Shown here: in pieces, positions 51,601 through 61,460 of the stretch | Position numbering within the stretch: the stretch's first letter is position 1 | Layout of the letters: each line of letters begins with the position of its first letter | Source: Halocafeteria seosinensis | Taxonomy: Eukaryota | NCBI GenBank assembly: GCA_001687465.1 | Contig: LVLI01000132.1 | Coordinates: 1-64,000, forward strand | Length of the DNA stretch: 64,000 nt | Direction of reading: 5' to 3' | Program-made: the position numbers and the translations under genes | Notes under the pieces: generated by a model | Seen by the model: only the letters and a program-made list of their open reading frames with translations | What the model was told of the DNA's origin: nothing | The model's database searches: none

Positions 51601-51873
51601 AAGGAAACAAGCAACCACGACCTTGTGCTTGAGCTCGTTTCGTTGGACGTCAGTAAGGGGCTTATCCGCTTTTTCTGAACGTAGAAGCGCTTCTACTTCT
51701 TCAATGTCTTTCGACGCAATACTTCTCTCCCTATCCAAACATTTTGCGATGCCCTGAGCCCAACCAACTTCATCCGTCACTTTGCATTTTCTAGGAATAA
51801 ACCAGTGAGGGATTCCTTCAATAGCTTCATCCAATGTAAACTTCGGCGCTTCCTCCGGAGCTGCAGCTGCCAT
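48631..51873 (-). CDS. Crinkler/RHS-type (CR) protein, ~1018 aa: helical header + P-loop NTPase + PD-(D/E)xK nuclease-like domain + C-terminal NLS; exons 51873-51381, 51272-51246, 51167-48631
   Basis: Two GT-AG introns give a 3057-nt in-frame CDS; IYSQSSGGGKTH (Walker A), IIVAVDEVQ (Walker B), GESAE...GWDFLFF...VGIQSK (E..D..QxK nuclease motifs), terminal PSPKKQKKK. Confidence 0.75.
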
Positions 51874-52285
51874 TCTGGTGCTATTGTCAAATGAGTTGGT
51901 GTGTTTAAACGTGTAGTAGTAGCTGGGGCAGCCTGGGGGCTAAACAGCTCCGAAAGTTAAGGCCTGCCAACTACCTGGTGTGGTTGTACACTGCAATAAA
52001 GCGTCAGCCTGAGTACAAAGGGTCTGTTTGCGTCTCCGTCTTGAAACAAATGGCTGTACAACCCTTTTGATGGACCATGTTATACTCCACTCGCTATCGG
52101 AGTGAAGTCAAACTAAAGTGACTTCAAGTCGACCCTACAGTATATAGAGAGTGATATTGCAAACATTTCCTGGTATGACATGCATCTAATATTTTTGGGG
52201 TACATTTAAGTATCTCAGTTGTGTGAGTGATTGTGTTCGTGCTCTTAGAGATGTCAATGGGAGAGGAACGAGGGTGCCCTCCACA

Positions 52286-52492
52286 CAGGGTTGGGTGTTG
52301 AAGTTGCCCTCCGCGCCGCGGGAGTCCGCGGCGGGACCGGTCAGCCGGGCCCGGCTGGCCGCAACCCCGAGCAGACATCGGCGGCTTGGTTGGCTGGCTT
52401 TGGGCTTGGGGGTAGCCTGGCTGGCTTGGGCGGCGAAGCCCAAGCCAAACCCAAGCCAGGTCGCAAGCTCTTGACACCCTAGTTCTCTGCAC
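52286..52492. mobile_element. GC-rich, hairpin-dense ~200-bp element (possible MITE)
   Basis: Ends cagggttgggtgttgaag...cttgacaccctag form an imperfect inverted repeat; internal palindrome cagccgggcccggctg and ggcttggg/cccaagcc stems; no TSD found. Confidence 0.4.
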
Positions 52493-52589
52493 AACTTCGT
52501 TCAAACCCGCTGCTGATTATCATACAAAGGACGGTAGAATGTGGCGGAAGTGTGTGCATTTAGCTATGCCCCAATATAGCGTACCCAGA

Positions 52590-52611
52590 TATCTGTCACA
52601 TTTGTGTGTGT
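52590..52611 (+). repeat. Terminal fragment of the dispersed structured repeat (tatctgtcacatttgtgtgtgt)
   Basis: Matches the 3' end of copy 1 (24089-24110); directly abuts the p62-derived fragment. Confidence 0.75.
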
Positions 52612-52614
52612 ATT

Positions 52615-52894
52615 TGAATAGTGCAGTGGCGGCCTACTGTTCGAAAACTGGCAGCAAAGAGGAGCATCTACCTCTACCTTGGAGAGTTGAGGTGTATGTA
52701 TCCCATGACCCCGCAGCAAGACCACTAATGTTCGTCTGGGAACTCGTGCATCACCACAATCTCTATAAGCAGGGGCATCTCTTAGATATCTTCGAAAGCT
52801 GAAGACCATCCCGATGACGAGTTACAATACCGGTAGGCTTGCATCTATCACAGCAGGGGCCCTCTGGAAGACGAATGAAGAGGCATATCCGGTC
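52615..52894. pseudogene. Copy of 55287-55563 (p62 3' end + 3' end of the SRA-like gene) with the internal segment ~55346-55515 inverted
   Basis: 52615-52671 matches 55287-55343 directly; ~52678-52850 matches ~55346-55515 in reverse complement; 52855-52894 matches 55523-55562 directly. Confidence 0.9.
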
Positions 52895-53041
52895 GGTAGA
52901 AATGTTCTCTCAGATAACGCCCGGCACCAACGAGCCACAAGTTGGTCCACAACACTGGAAGTTTGCTCATGTGGTGTCAAAGTTCTGCAATATGCAATCC
53001 CCGGTAAAGATGCTTGGGTGCAAAGTTTCACTATCATCGGA

Positions 53042-53060
53042 TAAAGATGGTCGTTGATGA
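53042..53060 (+). repeat. 19-bp direct repeat TAAAGATGGTCGTTGATGA, right copy
   Basis: Exact match to 45307-45325. Confidence 0.9.
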
Positions 53061-53308
53061 TTGCTACTCCGATCAGTTATGTGGATGTAGTGCGTATGTT
53101 TCCACGTTTGAATCTAAGAACATTAAAAATTTGACTACCGACTACTGCTAAGCTGCTTCCATGATTCTTACATTTTGTTGTGAAGGTACTTTGGTTGCCT
53201 AGACATTGCCACAGAGTCTTAATAAAACAATGTGTTGTTTTCCATTCATTAGTTAGTTCAATCGAATAGTTCAAAATCGTACTAGTTGGGGTAGCAAACG
53301 CATCAAAT

Positions 53309-55351
53309 ATGAGCAATGACGAGGAGAGTGTCTCGTTCTTTGCTCGTTGTATAGGCGTTCCCAGTAGTGAGCCACCTGTAGAGGATAAGGCCCATGTGGG
53401 TATCGTAGAGGTTTTGCCGTCTCAGAAGCTCCTTCGATGGAGGAGAAAGGATGCAGATCCTTCGCAATGGACTTACACTTTGGACGTATCGAGTCTACAG
53501 AAATGGCAGAAACGAAAAAATGACGTGAAATTCCTGACTTCCGGGGGCTCCGAGTACGCATTTGCCGTCTATTCACGAGATGACAACCAACAACCCAGCG
53601 AAGAAGAACGGGAGCGCCTACGGAAGCTTGTCAAACGACTATCAAGTGCTCCGTCGGGGGACTCTTCTGCCACGAGTACCGCCAATGGAGCTGTGGCTTC
53701 CGGAGGTGGAGACTCTCGAGACATTGAATCATCGTCATCCTCTAGACGGCGAGAAGGCAAGAAGTCCTTCCTCCGAAAATTGATGACGTACGAGGAGGAG
53801 CTTAATATCCGAAAGTCCCTTCTTGAGAAAAACGAGACTGACGAGGACAGAAAACTGAGGCGTCGCTACGAGAAACTGGTGGAGGGTAAGGAATTGACAG
53901 AAGATGAGTTTTGGGCCGAGCGCGAGCAGCTTATTTTTGATGAGTATGCGAGAAGAAGAGAAAGAGCGTTGCCTTCAGCATTGCCGGATGAGCGCCCCAG
54001 TCATGGAACCAAAAATGTGTCTTTTAGGTTGACCGCTATGCAGATTCGGCAGATGCTTGTCAGAGACCCTGCGCTGAAACAAGCTTACCAAGAGTATTGT
54101 CAAAGTGGTGCTGTGACCCAAAAGGAATTTTGGACTACGTATTTTCGAACCCGCGAGGGACTGCCCATTGATTTGAGTGTGGAGGATGATAAGAGCCAAA
54201 AGAAGAGACGAGAAGCTCTGCAATTTTTCGTTGCCTACAAAGACGGTCTTGTTGATGACAATGGCAACATACTGCAACAGCATCACCGCGATGCTGTAGG
54301 ATCTTCGAATGACACAAAAACGAAGCGAAAGCAACTTTCGACCGTCTCTCAAGATGTAAATTTGGTACAGTCACTCGACGATGTCGCGTACAGTGAGATC
54401 CCTAGCAAATACTCAGTTGACCCGGGGACAAGCAAATACTCAAGAACGAATGAAGCAAATAGCAGCGTTTCGAACTTTCAAGTTGACCAGTGGCGGGGCG
54501 GGTTTGGTACTGGTGAACATGCTCGAGCGTATGAAGGGTTTATCCCGCGTGGCATCGTCGGACCAAAGGAATCAAAAGAGATTTCTCAGAGAAGCAAACA
54601 CATAGAACGAAAGGCTGATAGACTAATCAAGGAGCACAACCGATATTCGGGTGTGGTGGTAGAAGGTGGTTTGTACGATGGAAGAAACAGTAGAGGGGCA
54701 GCTGGAGTATCATCGATCGATGAAGAACGGATAAACGAAGAACTTGAAGACCTAAGGAAAGAGGGCGGAAGGAACTACTTACCCCTTCAAGTTGACAAGC
54801 ACAAAGTGATGTCGCACGTCACAGAACAAAATGTGGTACCCGAAGAAACTGGTACTTTCCACGAAAAAAACGGAGTGGTTGTGGCCCCGCCTGGATCAAA
54901 CGTTACCAGCTCGAAAATCCTAGATGAGCGCGAAAACGGTATAACCCCCTTGGTGTTAACTCTAGGGTTCATGAATGATGCCCACGATCGCGCGTCATTG
55001 CAGAAGCAGACGTTCAAGGAACTTCTTCAAAGCTTGCCTCCAGAACTCAGCAATTTTCTGACCGACATTGTTCCGCGTGAACCAGAACTGCTGAAGACGT
55101 TTTGGAGGTTGCATAGTCAATATTCTAGAGCGGATAGTAGGAGTCTGCAGCGTTTCGGGGAAATGGCGACGAGAATCGCGGAAATGTCTAAGTCCGTTGC
55201 GGGGATCATAAAGTCTATCGAAGAAAACACGGACACTGAGTCAAAGAGGAAAATGTTGCAGATACTCGACCCAATGAGCGAGCAACTGAATAGTGCAGTG
55301 GCGGCCTACTGTTCGAAAACTGGTAGCAAAAAGGAGCATCTACTGCCATAG
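53309..55351 (+). CDS. GTF2H1: TFIIH core subunit p62/Tfb1
   Basis: N-terminal PH-like region; two BSD-like repeats (LRRRYEKLVEGKELTEDEFWAER; LTAMQIRQMLVRDPALKQAY...TQKEFWTTYF); C-terminal helical ELLKTFW region; intronless, 680 aa. Confidence 0.82.
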   Translation: MSNDEESVSFFARCIGVPSSEPPVEDKAHVGIVEVLPSQKLLRWRRKDADPSQWTYTLDVSSLQKWQKRKNDVKFLTSGGSEYAFAVYSRDDNQQPSEEERERLRKLVKRLSSAPSGDSSATSTANGAVASGGGDSRDIESSSSSRRREGKKSFLRKLMTYEEELNIRKSLLEKNETDEDRKLRRRYEKLVEGKELTEDEFWAEREQLIFDEYARRRERALPSALPDERPSHGTKNVSFRLTAMQIRQMLVRDPALKQAYQEYCQSGAVTQKEFWTTYFRTREGLPIDLSVEDDKSQKKRREALQFFVAYKDGLVDDNGNILQQHHRDAVGSSNDTKTKRKQLSTVSQDVNLVQSLDDVAYSEIPSKYSVDPGTSKYSRTNEANSSVSNFQVDQWRGGFGTGEHARAYEGFIPRGIVGPKESKEISQRSKHIERKADRLIKEHNRYSGVVVEGGLYDGRNSRGAAGVSSIDEERINEELEDLRKEGGRNYLPLQVDKHKVMSHVTEQNVVPEETGTFHEKNGVVVAPPGSNVTSSKILDERENGITPLVLTLGFMNDAHDRASLQKQTFKELLQSLPPELSNFLTDIVPREPELLKTFWRLHSQYSRADSRSLQRFGEMATRIAEMSKSVAGIIKSIEENTDTESKRKMLQILDPMSEQLNSAVAAYCSKTGSKKEHLLP

Positions 55352-55391
55352 ATGCAAGCCTATTGTAACTCGTCATCACGATGGATGGTCT

Positions 55392-56421
55392 TCAGCTTTC
55401 GAAGATATCTAAAAGATGCTCCTGCTTATAGAGATTGTGGCGATGCACGAGTTCCCAGACGAACATTAGTGGTCTTGTTGCGGGGTCATGGGATACATAC
55501 CTCAACTCTCCAAGATATAGGTAGGGGCGCTCTGGAAGACGAATGAAGAGGCATATCCGGTCAAAGGACGCAGACTCTCTGTTTTTGCGGTCGTTTGAAG
55601 TGCTAATGTTCAGTAGCCTCTGAATGACGGGAGTGTGTTCATGTTGTGTGGGCTGAGCGAACCAAGTCATATATCTGCCATTATCACGAAAGACATTATT
55701 ATACTTTGTTGTCATATCGATGTTGACAAAAAGTAAAATAGCATTATTGAATTCCTGGATTCCCGACATCTTATTGAAGCGTGGTTTCTTGCCCGATGCG
55801 CTTGCCAAATTCATCACGGCACGCTTCGCTTGTTTACCAGGTCCTCCTAACTCCATGTTTACGAAGTGCCCTAACCAGTTTGCATTCAGTTTCTCGACGT
55901 CTGCCTCTAGATTCTTACTGCTATCGACTGGAGGAACGTGAGGCGCAGTCTCTTTCTTCCTAGTTGCTGCAGCTCCGGGCTCTCGCTTCTCTGTATACCC
56001 TTTCAACACTTGGTCCAGATCGAAGTTCTGCAGTACTCCAGGATAAATCTACCCATCAGAGCACAACTTGCAGAGCGAAGCTTACCTCATCCTTTAGACT
56101 AGCTTCCTTTCCTTGTAGCCTTGCACTTTTACGCGCCCCATCAATCCTGTGGTCTGCTCCAGGCGCTCGCCGCCGCGGTTGTCGTCCGGCGGCATTCCTT
56201 GTAGTCGTCGACACCTCTTGGATGCGTCGCTTCCGTCCACGACGATGACTCGACGGATGATAGTACGACTCTGTCTCCTGTTGAGAGGGCGTCAGTTTCT
56301 CTACTGTGTACGAGGCGAAATCTTGAGTCCCAAAAAGCTCCTGTTGTAATTGTCGTGTCTTGGCAATGTTGCGACGTCGCTGTTCACTCCAGCTACCTCC
56401 ACCACCAGTAGTATTGCTCAT
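55392..56421 (-). CDS. Putative nuclear protein with a C-terminal DUF3427/SRA-like (PUA-fold) domain; intron ~56028-56085
   Basis: N-terminal EQRRRNIAKTRQLQQEL, RRGRKRR and RKSARL; C-terminal ILLFVN..KYNNVF..MTWFAQ..ICLFIR..PYLYLGEL..PLMFVWEL pattern. A GT-AG intron joins the two ORFs in frame. Confidence 0.7.
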
Positions 56422-56550
56422 TCTGCCAAATAAACAAATAAATCTGACAAAGGTTTGTTAGAACCTTCCCAACGAATCGAAGTCCACAAAACCAATAATA
56501 CTCATTTTTAATTTTTGGACACATTTACAAACTCTAGTTTATCTATCATA

Positions 56551-57099
56551 ATGCTCCGTCAACGACCAGCTTCCTCCACAATGGTGGATGAGACAGGACA
56601 ATACCAGGAACCCACCGGTGGTTCGACGCATTTCATGGACAGGGCCTCAGTGTTTCCCGAGCTTCCTAATCCGAATTTAGATTATCTAGTACCGGGACTA
56701 TGCGTCGCTAATTGTCTCCTCGTGCTGGAAAACGTGATCAATTTGCCCGTCATGGCGGTGGAGACGATTCCCTTGAGGCTGCTATGTATCCCTTTGTGTT
56801 TTGTGGGCGGGATTATGGTGAAACTAACCTTAGACGCGCTTCCCTCAACTCCCGCGGGAGAGCTCATAAGTTCAGGACCGTACAGTTTTACGAGGAACCC
56901 CTTCTGCGTCGGCATTGACCTCGTCGTACTCGGTACTGGGTGTTTATTCAACAGTGGATGGCTGTGTCTCTACGCGCTGATAGTTTTGCCTCTGTTGCAA
57001 CATTTTCTCATTGTTAAAGAGGAGGAAAAATTCCTGAAGCATCGCTTTGGAATTCGCTATACCTCATACTGTGGGGAAACCCCGCGATGGCTCCTTTGA
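56551..57099 (+). CDS. Isoprenylcysteine carboxyl methyltransferase (ICMT/Ste14/PEMT)-family membrane protein
   Basis: LISSGPYSFTRNP and EEEKFLKHRFGIRYTSYCGETPRWL motifs; several TM segments. Confidence 0.8.
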   Translation: MLRQRPASSTMVDETGQYQEPTGGSTHFMDRASVFPELPNPNLDYLVPGLCVANCLLVLENVINLPVMAVETIPLRLLCIPLCFVGGIMVKLTLDALPSTPAGELISSGPYSFTRNPFCVGIDLVVLGTGCLFNSGWLCLYALIVLPLLQHFLIVKEEEKFLKHRFGIRYTSYCGETPRWLL

Positions 57100-57793
57100 A
57101 CTTTTTCACTGCTTGAAGTTGTAGCAGAGTAAAAGCGTATACAGAACCGGGACTTCGATGTGAGCTAAAACCTTAATCTAGGGCTAAATTCATTCGTCTT
57201 TTGCCAACTGTGCCCTCCGCATCTATTATGGGGTTCAATGCAAGAGAGGTAGATGACGTCTGGGCCCCGACTCCGTGAGGGTAGCTTCGCTTCGACCGTG
57301 GACAGACGAACTTCCGCTTGTGCTGATAGCTCCAGATTTAGCGAAATATGATGATGGGGCGACAACTCCCGGTAGGCTGGTCGATGCTGTTTTGCTATGG
57401 AGGTTGCCGAGCTGTATCTTCGCCTGACTCTTGGAAATTCCCACACTCTCACAGCGTCTCCGTAAGACCAAATAACCCAATAGGTCAAGAGCATCCAGAG
57501 CAGTGTACAATGCTGCCCATGTAGTGCCGTCCAATTCTATGGACTTTGGTTGTTTTCCGATTGGTACAGAATCGGTAATATCAGAACTCATATTGGCAAA
57601 CGTCAGCGACAGCCACTTCAAGTTGATGGTAAAACGAGCCGCAATAATTCATCCAAATTCTATACCTTTCGAAATGAAGTTTCTAGCAATCGGCATAAAC
57701 TGTGGAGGAAAGTGTTGTTGAGGGTTCAAAGAACGTGTACAGCACCTTAAACTGTATGCGCGACACTTGTTTCGGAAATTCTTAAACGAGAAA

Positions 57794-57892
57794 GAGGCTG
57801 AGGGAACAGCGGAGCCGTCACTGCTTAATACGGGCAAATGGCGCTCCTCGTTAAGACCTCGGCCGGTGGGCTATCTGTCACATATGTGTGTG
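57794..57892 (+). repeat. Dispersed structured repeat, copy 3
   Basis: gaggctgagggaacagcggagccgtcactgcttaatacgggc...cgctcctcgttaagacctcggccggtgggctatctgtcacatatgtgtgtg. Confidence 0.85.
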
Positions 57893-58449
57893 GTCTGGAA
57901 TAATTACCATCCGTGAATTCTCCAAAATGCGTCCACAGCAGCAAGTATGATAAAATAGTCACAGGACTCCTGTAAGTCCAGGTACCAATACGAGTGAGTC
58001 ATGCAAGAATTACCCCTGACCCGAGAGTCGGCTCGAGCCTTGGATCCGATCAGGCTACGGCAGAGCTTGGCTCAGCTTGCGCCTCAACGGTTGAAGTTGT
58101 CGTAGAAATCCTGTCCTCGAGTGTATTGGGTTCCGATACGATCATAGCTACAGATATACAGTACCCGTGAGTAGAACTGCCAGCGACCACCAGTGCCGTG
58201 GAAGTTTAATAACAAATGCCCGTAACCTGCGCAACCTGATTCTTGTGAGCTTCCTGGAATACTATAACGGTGCGCGAGGCCCAGGGTACAAATAATGAAG
58301 TTGGATTTAACGTCAAAACTCTAGCCATATTTAAGAGTCCTTTACTTTGACACAGACTAATCACATTCTAGGCTCTTCGTCAGATAGGTCAAAGAATCAG
58401 CCACGGGGCCATGATGTCTTTGTTTTGATCCCAGAAGCAGAAGCGGAGA

Positions 58450-60202
58450 GTGAGTGTATCCAAAACCACAACGGCGACATCGTATCTGGAGCACGAACTT
58501 CCCAGGTTCAATGGACGGGAACCTCTTCTAGATAAGTCCCGAAGAGACAGTCGACTTATTGGTGAAGCTGAGGTTGAATCCAGGAAGAGGGTCTTTGACA
58601 TCCAAATCGAAGGCGTACCGTCGCGTGAGGAACGTTTCCAGGAGCTAATCGAACGAGACTTCACCTGGAACTGGGGATACAGTAGCGCCGCATGTCTGCC
58701 ACAACCCGAAAAAGCATGGTATTGGGGAATCCTCGGTCCATTCGAGCTGTTTGTTGTTTTTCTCATCTTTTTGGCCTTCTTGTTTCTGTACGTGTGGAAC
58801 CCTTTCACATACCACTGGCAGACAGTTCTTTGGGCCATTCGACTCACTATTGGAATAGGTGGTATTGCTGGTATTCGTGCCAGTTATTTATTTTATAAGT
58901 ACTTCTATCTCTCCCTTAAAGTTTTTCATGAGATCTCGTTCGACGAAGTGTTGCATTGCCCTGATCAGAGAGCGCTGGAAAGTGAAAGTGCTGGATCGGA
59001 CCAATCATGTCTTTACAAAAACGTCTTTTGGCTGTTAAGCTATATGCCGTTCGTCACTGTCTTACAAATGTGTTTTCCCATTCTGATTCCATACCAAGGT
59101 TGGCAAGACCATCCCGCTTCGTGGGTAATAAAAGTCCCCGCCATGCATGTTGCGGAAGACTTGCGGCCCAGTGATGAGACAGTTTTTTGGGCCTTCGTAG
59201 GATTAACTTGTTTCCTACTTCTGGTTGCTTGTGCCTTTGTTTTCTTCCTGACATGTAGAGGTGAGCAGTGGGCTGTTGACATTATACGACTGGCGCTTCA
59301 AGCTACGTCCGTGGCGGAGTACGAAGTTAACACAACGAAGTACTGCAAGTGGATTCCTTTCGTTAGGTGGTTTCGAAAACTAGCCAGCTGCTTGGTGGAT
59401 GTGAGCGCGCCAACTGATAAATCTAGACGGGTCACTACTTGCAGCAAAAGCTTCTTCCGCATCATTGTTAAGGCTATTGAGTTTACTTTTGTTCCTGTGA
59501 CCATTCATCTGGTAGGTGTGATGGGATGCAGTCTGGAAGGGCAGGTCTTGATGTACCCGTCTTTCCACTGTTTCACACGTGCTCTGGAGAACAAGATCAT
59601 TGCGGCGTCCGCCTGCGCAGTAGTGTTTTACATTACTTCCATTCTCCTCCTCTGTTGGGTGGACGTATGGATAGCGGCGCGACAAAAAATTGCAGAGAAA
59701 AACGACTGGGAATATATTGATGAAGGGTTACGGACTGACGTTATGTTTCATCCCCGATTCTCCTATAAGGATTTGTGGCTTCGTTTGGCAATTGTTGTGT
59801 ACGCGAATATAGCAGGACCACGGGAGGACTACAATGCTCTTGTTGCCAGTATTGTTAGTGTCGTGTTTCTTCTAGCCACTGTGGCCTTCCACGGTCAAAA
59901 CTTTGTCGTGGGATGTTGGTACTGCATGAGACGCAGCGAATTGCTATTCTATCCTTACCCCAGCAACGTGGCCGGCCTGAACGTTGTCCACGGAGGTGCA
60001 CTGGTATTCGTTTTAGAGCTTGCATGCTTGGTGCTTCTAAGTAAGATTATCAACGGAATCGCTCACCGTGAATTTTTTTGTTTCTGCCCTCTCACTGTTC
60101 GTCATCACCATGGGATGGGCGCTTATCAAGTGCACCTGGAAATACGGATGTCGCGCTGACCCAACTTTGCATCGCTCCGAGCAACTCGGCGATAAGGAGT
60201 GA
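58450..60202 (+). CDS. Multi-pass membrane protein of unknown function (5' exon not located; probable frameshift at the T7 run 60073-60079)
   Basis: 569-aa ORF with ~9 hydrophobic segments and a C-x-(L)-x-YPSFHCF loop. Removing one T gives a final TM segment FFVSALSLFVITMGWALI and a stop at 60200-60202. Confidence 0.7.
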
Positions 60203-61460
60203 TACTAAAAGAAGCATTATCACAGGACTAGCTACTATGAAATACGAGTTTCCACGGACGACGTATTCAGTAGAAAAGCTCCAAAATACTAATATCTCCA
60301 TCCTTGGTCAGAGTTTTGACAAAGGTGTTATCTGATCCTTGGTACAAGTTTTTGGTTATCGTTTTGGTCTCCTACCTGAAAGGTAGTGCTGGATCGTCCG
60401 AACATTCAGACACGACAAGATAGTAGTGGACTTGGAGAAGTACGTAACTGGCACGTCGCTTGCGATTCCGGAGGCTTCAGTGTATGCTTCAACATCCGCA
60501 CTGGGTTCTACGGTGAATTTCCACCCTTTCTCCTTCGGGGACATCTCTTCAATCTCGGTTACCCTCTCTGTATGATTGCGGCCTTAGATTTTTCGAAGCC
60601 GTGCGATTATCCGTTAGAACACCTTCCTCATCTCCGTAGCTCCCCAATAAGAACCGATACGAAGTCGAAAGGAATACGGACATCTACGGAGCACGAGAGA
60701 CTCCGTGATGAAGGCGGCGGCTGGCTTCAGAGAAGATGCAATCAAGTTCCTCTTGGAGAAGCTCGCCACGAAATCGATGTGGACTGTGCGGTAGTAACTG
60801 GCATTACACTGTACTTCTCCTTTGTTTGGCGAGTCTACAAGCGCCTCTCCCGTAGTATCTGACCTATAAAGATTGATAATGTCATTTCTGTTGACGCCGG
60901 TAGCCGCTAGTATCTCCATATGCGTCCATGGAACATGAATACCAACTCTTACTCAGTAAGTCAGTGGTCACTACGTGTAGTTGTCAGTAGAAAGAGAAGA
61001 TGGAGGTCATAACTTGACGATCCTTCTCTCAAATATCAATGGCAAAAGCCAACAGCGCGCACAGTCGGCCCCCAGAAAACACTTAAAGAGCAAAAATTCT
61101 GCTGCAGAATGGCTACGTCCCACTGTCACTGTCCTGGGAGATGCCTCCAGTTAGCATCGCAACTTTCTCCTCTTCTCTTTCTGCTGTCCCTCAGTTTCTG
61201 TCTCTCTCTCGCTCTCTCTGTAGCAAAAGGTTCTGGTGGAGTTGCTCTAACTGAACTGGGAAACGAGGCGTCGCAAGGACAATGGTCACAATTGAGTTGT
61301 GGCACCGGTGTGTGAACCTGATCCTGAACCGCGGCCCGCGGACGAAAGGTGACGGTTAAAAGAGTCCGGACCCTTAGTATGGCTTGATACAGAGTACTAC
61401 AGTGGTATGAAATGATCCATGTTTAGCATGTCTGTAATACTATAGATTTGAAATACTTGG

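Noticed and set aside
2196..55351. Two TFIIH core subunits (p34 and p62) in one window as a functional gene cluster
   Set aside because: They are ~50 kb and many unrelated genes apart; coincidence is sufficient.
60356..60919. Short minus-strand ORFs as a separate gene
   Set aside because: No recognisable motif and no convincing splice path joining them.
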